Below are positions 9,192-17,192 of a stretch of DNA of 64,000 bases, piece by piece (positions within the stretch are counted from its first letter, which is position 1; each line of letters opens with the position of its first letter). Position numbers and translations under genes: made by a program. Where the stretch lies: the NCBI GenBank assembly GCA_013289265.1, contig JABDAH010000002.1, positions 8,581 to 72,580 of the forward strand. The letters run 5' to 3'. This stretch comes from Alphaproteobacteria bacterium (GTDB lineage Bacteria > Pseudomonadota > Alphaproteobacteria > UBA9219). The notes beneath the pieces are model-generated. The model saw nothing but the letters and a program-made list of their open reading frames with translations. It was not told where the DNA came from and ran no database searches.

Positions 9192-9427
9192 TTAATAGTT
9201 TGACTTCACAACCCTTTGAAATGTTGTGTCAATTCTTGTCATTTTATTGCGAGAGAATAGGATAATTGATTGATAAATAACTATCATTTATCCGACAAAC
9301 TTTCTCGTGCGACGCCAACAACTGTACGATTCACCTCACACTACCAATTTTGGCCAGATCAAAGGGTTAATAATTGACGCATATTACCTCGGGGCAAGTT
9401 CACAGAACCGATAGCCATAATTTTTGT

Positions 9428-9655
9428 TTATTTTTGCCCTATTGTCATGAGTTGCCCCACCCCAGAGCTATTCTTTCTCTGGGGGCAATCTGGTTCCAGG
9501 TAGTTTTTGATGCCAACCGAGCCTGATTCATCAGTTCCCGGCTCCGACAGCCCTTTATCACCTCGGGTCCGTTTACGTTTCCTCGATTTTAACACCCGCG
9601 CCACAATCTCTTGTGCAGCTTTAACAGCGCGCATGAGTATCAGGGCATCGGACAC
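9428..9655 (-). CDS. Small basic hypothetical protein (75 aa)
   Basis: GTG start lies 5 nt after AGGAGG. Lys/Arg-rich centre (KSRKRKRTRGDKG). No family recognised. Confidence 0.4.
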   Translation of the reverse strand: MSDALILMRAVKAAQEIVARVLKSRKRKRTRGDKGLSEPGTDESGSVGIKNYLEPDCPQRKNSSGVGQLMTIGQK

Positions 9656-9965
9656 GAATTCCTCCTGAGTTGGTTATTACAGGAAAAAGACGAAAAATTG
9701 AGACCGGAAATACGAAACTTAAGAAATTAGGCTTAAAGAGCACGTTCTCTGCGAAGCTAACACTCCCCGAATTGATTATATAAGATAGTAAGGGTGTTTA
9801 GATTACGAAACTTGGCAAGAAATTAAGCTATTGATGCACACCTTAATTGATTATCGACAAAATCTTGCTTCATGTTTTTTATTGTTGCTTTAATTCTTCT
9901 CTGGAAAGAATCTAAATTTCTTTATTTTCCAAACGCCAATCCTGCGAAACAGGATAAAAGGCGCA

Positions 9966-11378
9966 TTAGGAGACCAAAGTTGAGATGGATGAGTTCGTCA
10001 TACAGTGCACGGCGCCAGCGGCAGAACTAAAAGATCCTTCGGGTAATCCGATATCTTCCGGCGCCACAACCTGCTTACCGATTTTGCCGAAGATGCTTCG
10101 AACCTCATTATTGGCAAATGGTGAAATGAGAACATTTCCGAAACGGGTAAGATTGAGTGGGTAAGCAAGTGCGGCTTCGCTGTCTTTAAGTGCGCTCACA
10201 TTTTGGGTGCCATAGACTCTTTTTATTATTTCAAGAGTTAATGTGGCGGTTGCCGAAGGATAGATTGCCACAGCTCCATCCACAACCGTCATCATCGTAT
10301 CGAGGTCATAAAATTGTATGCCGGTTGGTCGTTCTTCAATAATCTCGCCACCTTCTCGAACACGGACCTCTCCGACAACACTAATATTACCCGGGGCAAT
10401 CAATGGAACAGGTATGACTATTGTTTTAGGGGTTGGCCGAGGCATGGCGGCTTCGAGACTAGCTAATCTTAGCAAATCACGAGGCTCCGTAATAATACCA
10501 CCCACAAACAAAACATCTTTTGTTTCGTCATAGATCATATTGCCGCCACTAATACGACCATTTATTTCTTGAAAATCGTAACCATCTTGAGCCAATCGGT
10601 TTTTAAAATTTTTTCCTAAAGCAGCACCAACCTCTGCACTGTCTCTAAATGGATCTGTAGGAACATCAAAGCGCCCCATATAAATCGTATTGTCGATGAT
10701 CAGACCGCAATCGCGCGTAAATTTCAATTTTGCATAGGGAGTATGAATGCCATTGCTATTAGCTAAAGCGAGAACATCAGCATCCGGTTCGATGACCTTG
10801 ACTTCAGCGCCGAGATGCCCGAGCAAATTTTTCAGCGCGAGCCAACCCGTCGTTTCACGAATTTGTCGTTTCCATGATGCCGCCGGTTTTTCCTCTCCGG
10901 GAAATGCCCCGAAAAATGGGTTTTGAGTTCGGGCGATAAAAAAATTTTCAGGCAGTCCCATATAGAAAGTGGCCGACGCGTCTGACTGTCGGGGGACACG
11001 TGTAAAATCAGGTTTTTTTATCGATCTTTGCAATTCGATATTCAAAGCAGCAGCATAACCTTTGAACATGCCATCACGCGCTTCCGCTATACGGTCGGGA
11101 TATTTGCTTTGCATGATCTCCTCGAGAGCGGGAAGGATGACGGCTTGAACGTCCTTATGCAATGCGGTAGGCGAATGACTTAAAACGGTGTCGTGAACCT
11201 GAGATATGCAAAAGACTGCAATGTCCTCAACAATGTGACAGTCACGAAGCGCGATTTCTCGCATACGAGACGTGTAATTCACGAGCCGCGCTACAAAAGC
11301 TGTGGTGTCGAGAGAGAAGCTATTTCCATTTTCTTCAAACGGAAGAGCAAAATTGGGTAATAAGCTATCCGAGTTCAT
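9966..11378 (-). CDS. Hypothetical 470-aa protein, possibly a guanidino-group-modifying (pentein / arginine-deiminase-like) fold
   Basis: Long uninterrupted ORF. The C-terminal ..SSAAGAVHCMTNSS resembles the catalytic small-residue-H-C-M-T motif found close to the C-terminus of arginine deiminase-type enzymes. An internal GGNMIYDETKDVLFVGG resembles a GGD-type strand. Confidence 0.4.
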   Translation of the reverse strand: MNSDSLLPNFALPFEENGNSFSLDTTAFVARLVNYTSRMREIALRDCHIVEDIAVFCISQVHDTVLSHSPTALHKDVQAVILPALEEIMQSKYPDRIAEARDGMFKGYAAALNIELQRSIKKPDFTRVPRQSDASATFYMGLPENFFIARTQNPFFGAFPGEEKPAASWKRQIRETTGWLALKNLLGHLGAEVKVIEPDADVLALANSNGIHTPYAKLKFTRDCGLIIDNTIYMGRFDVPTDPFRDSAEVGAALGKNFKNRLAQDGYDFQEINGRISGGNMIYDETKDVLFVGGIITEPRDLLRLASLEAAMPRPTPKTIVIPVPLIAPGNISVVGEVRVREGGEIIEERPTGIQFYDLDTMMTVVDGAVAIYPSATATLTLEIIKRVYGTQNVSALKDSEAALAYPLNLTRFGNVLISPFANNEVRSIFGKIGKQVVAPEDIGLPEGSFSSAAGAVHCMTNSSISTLVS

Positions 11379-11649
11379 TGTAATATTTGTCTAATAATGT
11401 TTGTGATTAAATCAAATCCAGCCGCAGATTAGCATATTTTCTTGCAAGTAAATCAGAAAAATAGAAAAAACTGGTAACGAGACAGGAATCGAACCCGCGC
11501 CTCCTACATACCTGATTAGTCTGCCGTACAGCACAAATCAGCGTACTGAAGGTTGGGTTTGCAAATCCCCAAATCTTGAAGTCTGGAACAGTTATGGTCG
11601 GTCAAGCCTTATGAAACTGGGCAATGGATGATCAATGTTAAACTGGCAT

Positions 11650-12294
11650 TTATAATCCAGCTACTTTTATATATTGGCTAGCTCTTTCGGCGGCTCGCCA
11701 TTGAAGAAGACTGCCGCCGGGAGCGCTTTGTGCAACTTGCAGGGCTGAGCCCAAAGCAAATTGAGGAATACACCCATAAAATCTGTCCTCCAGTTTAGCC
11801 CAGAGAGTGACCGCACGTTCTTCTTCTGGACTGCCGGGCTTCAACGATACACTGACATAGGCCAGCATATTACGCATATTTGTTTCTTCCGAAGGCGAAT
11901 ATGTCGGCGGTAATTTTAAGAATGCTGCTTCAAATTTCAGCAGTATATGTTCAGAAATTTTCCACAGAGCTTCTTGGGCTTCAGGCACATGATCTGCATA
12001 TTTTTTTGCAGCCAGAATTACAAATGTTTCCCCAATTAGGGGGATGGAATCGTCCAAGAATTTTTCCACTAAATCGTTGACAACCTTTTTGCGGCAAACT
12101 TCTTCCGTCGCTTCAGGTTGGGCACTACGTGCGGCGGCCAGACGTTTTTCCCAATCTTCCCGGTAAGCAGGCGAAGGCGTTTCGACAAGAAAGGCAGGCG
12201 CCGCAACTGGTGCGGTGTCTTTAGAAGTAGCTTTTGAAGGCCTAAAGCGAGCGAAAAGGGTTTTGCCTCTACGAAATAAATTATTCATATTCAA
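11650..12294 (-). CDS. Hypothetical 214-aa protein
   Basis: ORF with ATG start, same strand as 9966-11378, no recognised motif. Confidence 0.5.
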   Translation of the reverse strand: MNMNNLFRRGKTLFARFRPSKATSKDTAPVAAPAFLVETPSPAYREDWEKRLAAARSAQPEATEEVCRKKVVNDLVEKFLDDSIPLIGETFVILAAKKYADHVPEAQEALWKISEHILLKFEAAFLKLPPTYSPSEETNMRNMLAYVSVSLKPGSPEEERAVTLWAKLEDRFYGCIPQFALGSALQVAQSAPGGSLLQWRAAERASQYIKVAGL

Positions 12295-12808
12295 TTTCTC
12301 TTATGAAAATTTGCACTGTAAATGATCCACCATCTAATACTCGAGTTTTGATATCTTGGCAAAACCTATCAATGCCCTAAAAATTAAGCATAGTTTTTGT
12401 GGGTATTACGTGGTTAACGAACATTCACTAAGAAACCTGAAACCACACCAATCCTCCTTCTTTAACAGCATACTGCATGCCTTTTACATTAGTTTCCTTT
12501 GTCAACAGTTGCGCGGCTTCTTGACGACAGCGAAAAGACTGTTGAACGAACTTATAGAAAAACACGCACAGGACTATTTGCGAAGGGCAGTTAGCACGCT
12601 GAGTTTTTCCCAAACTGTACCACCCAAGAGCATTCTATTACAGCTGTAACGGAATGTTCTTAAGCCTGTTCCGGTTTTTTAGCTACCTAGTTGAAAAAAA
12701 TGGTGGCGAAAAGGGCGGACTCTCGATCCCAACCTTGGTAAGATCATAACCTTAAGGATAATTCTCTGAGTTGAGTTTGAGAAATTTGTGACATAAATCG
12801 GCTGAGTG

Positions 12809-13041
12809 TCATTTTCTCCAGTCGAGTTTGGCGAGTCTCGGTCGTCAAACTCAACTGCTGAATTTGCATTCGGAGAATTTTGACGTCATCAACGCTAGTT
12901 TTGGATGGACAGGAACAATCAGAGAAAATGGCTTGATGTGAATGCTCCCAAATCCCCCGCAATGAGGGCATAGTGGCGGCACATTCTCTGAAAGCCTGAA
13001 AGGCTTCAGACTTAATGGCGGAGGAGATGAGATTCGAACTC
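12809..13041. repeat. Copy B of the 233-bp imperfect direct repeat (overlaps the 3' end of the intact tRNA-Ser)
   Basis: See copy A. It contains a hairpin (gaagcctttcaggcttc on the minus strand) just downstream of the tRNA. That hairpin is degraded in copy A. Confidence 0.85.
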
Positions 13042-13108
13042 ACGATACGGGTTTACCCCGTATAACGGTTTAGCAAACCGCCGCCTTCAGCCACTCGGCC
13101 ACCCCTCC
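13016..13108 (-). tRNA. tRNA-Ser (anticodon GCU), CCA encoded
   Basis: Reverse complement reads GGAGGGGTGGCCGAGTGGCTGAAGGCGGCGGTTTGCTAAACCGTTATACGGGGTAAACCCGTATCGTGAGTTCGAATCTCATCTCCTCCGCCA. It has a long variable arm, a GTTCGAATC T-loop and GCT in the anticodon loop. Confidence 0.95.
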
Positions 13109-13508
13109 AACCGATTGGAAATAAACACTTTAGGTGCCAGCCAATCAAGCGAAAAGTCTGCCCGATGTAGAAATGCTTCAAAACCCCTTTATTATCCCCT
13201 TTTCTGAGATTTTCTTTTAGGTGAAGCGGTGAACACTTGGTCCAATATCGCCTCCATATTTTCTAAAACAGAAAACAAGGCAAAAATAATCGCCATAAAA
13301 CAACTGAATGATCGACAGCGCCCAAACCAAACTAGGGTTTCAAAAAAGCAATTTTCTGTTACCCAAATTGGGTATGTACTTATCTATCTTATTGAAAAAT
13401 AACGATGTTTTTATTCGCAATCGATCAAAATATGTTATATTCCGAGTCCCTGAGCTTATCCGTAATTGATCGTGATTTTAGTAACTGTAATAACAACTGG
13501 AGGAAGTG

Positions 13509-13664
13509 ATGGTTGAATTTGATTCATTAGAAGATTGCCTGACCGAGCTTCCACCAGTTGTTGTTGACTTGATCGCATGGGGCAAGAAAAAGCAGGCGAG
13601 CATCCATGATGCGAGCACCAGCGCAATGCTCGATGAAATTTTGGACGAAGCCATCGGTGCCTAA
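13509..13664 (+). CDS. Possible small acidic protein (51 aa) upstream of the pilus-like operon
   Basis: GGAGGA lies 4 nt before ATG. Sequence MVEFDSLEDCLTELPPVVVDLIAWGKKKQASIHDASTSAMLDEILDEAIGA*. It is below the track's length cut-off. Confidence 0.3.
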   Translation: MVEFDSLEDCLTELPPVVVDLIAWGKKKQASIHDASTSAMLDEILDEAIGA

Positions 13665-13813
13665 GCAAAAACTCAACTCCGAATTAAAAACGACTTTGAC
13701 ATACATCTGTAATCTGTCTTAGAAGATCAGCGCCTGCTCCCCGCAGGTGCCTAACATATCCCCGCCCTGGGGATGCCTTCTCCTAAGCCTCTCCTTTCGA
13801 TTTCGATATCATC

Positions 13814-15646
13814 ATGAAGCGTCGTCGCTTCTTCACATTTTTGCCGATGCTTTTGGCAATGGTTTTACTGTCGTCTTGTGCCGATCTGAGCACGAGCGAG
13901 ATTGACCCTGCAGGGCATCTAAAACGCAACGACTATCTGGCGCTGCGCGACCGCGAAGATCAGGCGGAAGAAAATCAGCAACAAGCTCTGGTTCCACCTA
14001 TCCCAGATATGCCTTCGGAAATTGCGACGCCGCCCGCGCCGTTGCTCGGTAACGGTAAACGCGTCAGCGTGACGGTGACGGACAGTGTCCCCGTCCGTGA
14101 TGTGCTGATCGAATTAGCGCGCGAAGCCAAAGTAAATCTGGAACTCGACCCACGCGTGCAAGGCGGCATCATTTTTTCGGCCCACGACCAACCTTTTGAT
14201 CAGGTCCTGAAAAGAATCTGCGCGCTGGCGGGCCTGCGCTACAAAGTCGATGACAATTATATCCATATAGAAATGGACGAACCTTATCAAAAAACTTACC
14301 ACCTGGATTACCTCAGCCTGTCACGCAAAACCACGAACGAAACATCGATCGCCACCAATGTGTTCGATGTAGATGTCGCCGGCAATTCCAATGGTGGCAC
14401 AAATGGTGGAAGCAGCAGCGGCTCCAGCGCGACACAAAATAACTCGACATCCAAGATCACCGGCGCGTCGGATGCTGATTTTTGGGTCGAGGTCGAAAAA
14501 TCCATTACGCAAATCCTGAATTCAAATGCGCACAAAACCGACAAGGCAACAACCGCTGCTAATTTCAGCCTTGATAAACAGGCAGGCATGGTCACCGTTT
14601 ACGGCGATGAGCAACAACAAAAAGCTATCGACGCGTATTTCCATCAGCTTAAGCGAAAAGCCTATGCGCAGGTCCTGATCGATGCCCGCATCATCGAAGT
14701 CGAGCTGAACGATGAGTTTAAGAGTGGTATTAACTGGCGCACGCTTTTTAACGGCGCCCTGAATGCGGCAGCGCGTTTTGGCCCCGGTGCCATCGGCGCG
14801 CCTTTTGCAACGGCCACAACAGCGACAGACGGCGTCTTTACCGCCTCACTGAATGATAAGGACTTCGCCGGTATTCTTAATCTCGTGCGCACTTTCGGCA
14901 CAACACGCGTGTTGTCGTCGCCGAGGCTAACGGTTTTAAACAACCAAACCGCGGTACTGAAGGTAGCCACTAATCAAGTCTACTTCATTACGCAAGCGCA
15001 GTTCACAACTGTAACGAATGCCAGTGGTTCTGCAGTTACCACGACGCCAGTTTATACCAGCACACCACATACAGTGCCTGTAGGTTTGGTGATGACGGTA
15101 CAGCCAGCGATCGATGCCGATCATGACCGCGTCACGATGACACTCCGCCCCACTATTTCCCGCGTTGTCAGCCAAGTCAGCGATCCGTCGATTGGTTTGA
15201 ACGCAGCCACATCCGGCGTCGCCTCATCAGTGCAGTCACAAATTCCGGTGCTTGCAGTGCGCGAAATGGATTCTGTTATTCAACTACATTCGGGCGAAGT
15301 CGCCATCATGGGCGGCTTGATGCAGGATAGTTCGCAAAATACTGACTCCGGCGTACCGGGATTGGACACATTGCCGGGTATCGGCGCTTTAGCCAAATCG
15401 CGCGACAATAACGGCACGACGACCGAACTGGTGATTTTACTGCGCGCCACTATTGCGGATAGTCCTGCGCCGGATGCCGCGGACGGCGATTTATATCATC
15501 ACTTCAATAACGACCCGCGACCGATAGCCGTGCCGGTCAGCCTGCCAAAATTACCGCCTTTGTCCAAGCTTCCTCCAGACCCGTTGCAGGAGGCCGACGC
15601 GCCGCCCATCCCCGATACCGACACTTTTCCCAATCCACATAAATAA
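13814..15646 (+). CDS. Secretin (GspD/PilQ superfamily), lipoprotein type, MshL-like
   Basis: Signal peptide with lipobox (LLSSC|ADL). C-terminal secretin domain (TRVLSSPRLTVLNNQTAVLKV..IPVLAVREMDSVIQLHSGEVAIMGGL..PGLDTLPGIG..TELVILLRA). Pro-rich tail. Confidence 0.85.
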   Translation: MKRRRFFTFLPMLLAMVLLSSCADLSTSEIDPAGHLKRNDYLALRDREDQAEENQQQALVPPIPDMPSEIATPPAPLLGNGKRVSVTVTDSVPVRDVLIELAREAKVNLELDPRVQGGIIFSAHDQPFDQVLKRICALAGLRYKVDDNYIHIEMDEPYQKTYHLDYLSLSRKTTNETSIATNVFDVDVAGNSNGGTNGGSSSGSSATQNNSTSKITGASDADFWVEVEKSITQILNSNAHKTDKATTAANFSLDKQAGMVTVYGDEQQQKAIDAYFHQLKRKAYAQVLIDARIIEVELNDEFKSGINWRTLFNGALNAAARFGPGAIGAPFATATTATDGVFTASLNDKDFAGILNLVRTFGTTRVLSSPRLTVLNNQTAVLKVATNQVYFITQAQFTTVTNASGSAVTTTPVYTSTPHTVPVGLVMTVQPAIDADHDRVTMTLRPTISRVVSQVSDPSIGLNAATSGVASSVQSQIPVLAVREMDSVIQLHSGEVAIMGGLMQDSSQNTDSGVPGLDTLPGIGALAKSRDNNGTTTELVILLRATIADSPAPDAADGDLYHHFNNDPRPIAVPVSLPKLPPLSKLPPDPLQEADAPPIPDTDTFPNPHK

Positions 15647-15655
15647 GGAGATGTC

Positions 15656-16306
15656 ATGAGAAACTTACGTGCCAATCGCCAGGGCTTTACATTGGTAGAG
15701 TTGTCCATCGTCCTCGTTATTATCGGCCTGATTATAGGCGCGGTCCTGACGGGCCAGCAGATCATCCAGAATGCGCGTGTGACCAGCGCCCTGAATACCA
15801 TTCAAGCCTATGAAGCCCAGTTCCAGACTTATGTGCAGAATTACGGCGCGATGCCGGGCGATGATGCCAATGCGCAGAACCGCTTCCCTGGTACCACGAT
15901 CGATCATCACGGCGACGGCAGTGGGTCCCTGGACGGCGGCGGATTTGATTCAACCACGGCAACTGATGAAACAGTCTTTATCTGGACGCATCTACGAGCC
16001 GCGGGTTTAGTTAAAAACCAGATTTCGAATTCATCAACCGGGGTTCAACCGCCAAACCCTTTCAATGGCATCTACGGTTTTCAGACCGGCGCCTTCAAAG
16101 GCGCTTTCACCACTACCGTTTTGTGTATGGATAAAGTTCCGGCTTCTGCAGCCGAAGCCATCGACTCCCGTCTTGATGACGGCGCCAGCGATTCAGGCAG
16201 TGTCAGGGCAATGGCCTATACCGGCAATCCCGGTGTTGTGAATACCACTGCAGTTGCGAATAGTTACGGCGACGCACAAACATTCACGCTTTGCATCCGG
16301 ATGTAG
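15656..16306 (+). CDS. Type IV pilin / pseudopilin with prepilin-type N-terminal cleavage/methylation domain
   Basis: MRNLRANRQG|FTLVELSIVLVIIGLIIGAV has the G|F cleavage site and Glu at +5. Two Cys near the C-terminus could form a disulfide loop. Confidence 0.85.
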   Translation: MRNLRANRQGFTLVELSIVLVIIGLIIGAVLTGQQIIQNARVTSALNTIQAYEAQFQTYVQNYGAMPGDDANAQNRFPGTTIDHHGDGSGSLDGGGFDSTTATDETVFIWTHLRAAGLVKNQISNSSTGVQPPNPFNGIYGFQTGAFKGAFTTTVLCMDKVPASAAEAIDSRLDDGASDSGSVRAMAYTGNPGVVNTTAVANSYGDAQTFTLCIRM

Positions 16307-16313
16307 GAACCGC

Positions 16314-17192
16314 ATGCGCAAGCGCGGCTTCACTCTGGTGGAAATGGCGGTGGTGATTGTCATCATCAGTATACTGATCCTGACCATTTTCCCGGCAATG
16401 ACCGCGCTACGTAGCAGCAGTCAACGTCCCCTGACGCAGAGCAACCTGCAAGCCTTGATGCGTGCGACCGCAGCCTATGTTCAGGCTAATGGTTGCCTTC
16501 CCTGCCCGATGCCAGCGAACGCCACGGGTACAGGTTTCGGTCGCGTGCGTGGCGATGTGAATTCGGCGACGATACCTTGCTCCGAAAAAACATCCCCCTG
16601 CTCTGTCGCCGAAGGTCTGCCGCCTTACGCATCACTTGGGCTTCCAGCTTCGACCGCGCATGACGGCTGGGGGCATTGGATCAGCATGCGCGTCGATCCC
16701 GTTTTGACGGCTGACTTTGGCGTTGCGCCACCGACATTGCCCTGCACCGACGACGATCTGCAAACCGGCAAGGTTACACCCACTTGTGAAACAAAGGGAA
16801 TGAGCCAAAAAGGGCTATGTCAAAAAGGTTTAAACAAAGGGTTGAATAACGCCAACAGTATCATCGTACAAAGCCCCAGCGGCGATATCACACCGCCCAG
16901 CCAGCAGGCCGCCGTTATTTTTATCAGCTATGGCACAACAGGTTTCGGTTCTTTCTTCAATACGGTTCAGCCGAATTCCAACAATGGTTTTCGCTTACCG
17001 ATCCCCTCTACGGTTCCTGACTGCACAAATAAAACCGGCTTTTCCCGCTGTAACGCTGATGGTAATGCAACATATATCGACGCGCCTGCCGCAATGGATG
17101 GACCAGACCCTTATGACGACATGCTTGCCTATGCCGATCGTAATACGCTGGTCAGTATGTTCGGCAATGGCAGCTGCCAGACGGGGTGGTGA
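16314..17192 (+). CDS. Second prepilin-type protein, large and Cys-rich
   Basis: MRKRG|FTLVEMAVVIVIISILILTIF from the ATG at 16314; the track start at 16254 would overlap the first pilin. Ten Cys in the mature part. Confidence 0.8.
   Translation: MRKRGFTLVEMAVVIVIISILILTIFPAMTALRSSSQRPLTQSNLQALMRATAAYVQANGCLPCPMPANATGTGFGRVRGDVNSATIPCSEKTSPCSVAEGLPPYASLGLPASTAHDGWGHWISMRVDPVLTADFGVAPPTLPCTDDDLQTGKVTPTCETKGMSQKGLCQKGLNKGLNNANSIIVQSPSGDITPPSQQAAVIFISYGTTGFGSFFNTVQPNSNNGFRLPIPSTVPDCTNKTGFSRCNADGNATYIDAPAAMDGPDPYDDMLAYADRNTLVSMFGNGSCQTGW

Larger units (their letters stand above)
9192..12808. mobile_element. About 3.6-kb islet interior between the two 233-bp direct repeats. No integrase is present.
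   Basis: Bracketed by repeat copies A and B. Spacers are AT-rich. Two or three minus-strand orphan ORFs and an internal tRNA-like fragment. Confidence 0.45.

Noticed and set aside
12356-12649. 97-aa plus-strand ORF and 61-aa minus-strand ORF in the islet's right spacer
   Set aside because: AT-rich region, TTG start without a Shine-Dalgarno sequence, and low-complexity hydrophobic translation. Treated as non-coding promoter or spacer DNA.
12701-12757. CCA-terminated string (minus strand ..GGGATCGAGAGTCCGCCCTTTTCGCCACCA) that looks like a tRNA or tmRNA 3' end
   Set aside because: I could not fold a T-arm with a canonical TTCRANN loop or find a matching 5' acceptor strand. Without a covariance-model search it is not supportable. 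It is worth a tRNAscan-SE, ARAGORN or Infernal (two-piece tmRNA) check only.
12744-13043. 99-aa minus-strand ORF
   Set aside because: It overlaps the 3' end of tRNA-Ser and lies entirely within repeat copy B. Its counterpart in copy A is not open in the same frame.
13456-13668. 70-aa minus-strand ORF in the secretin leader
   Set aside because: No ribosome-binding site. The antisense plus-strand 51-codon ORF has a strong Shine-Dalgarno sequence and is the better, though still weak, candidate.
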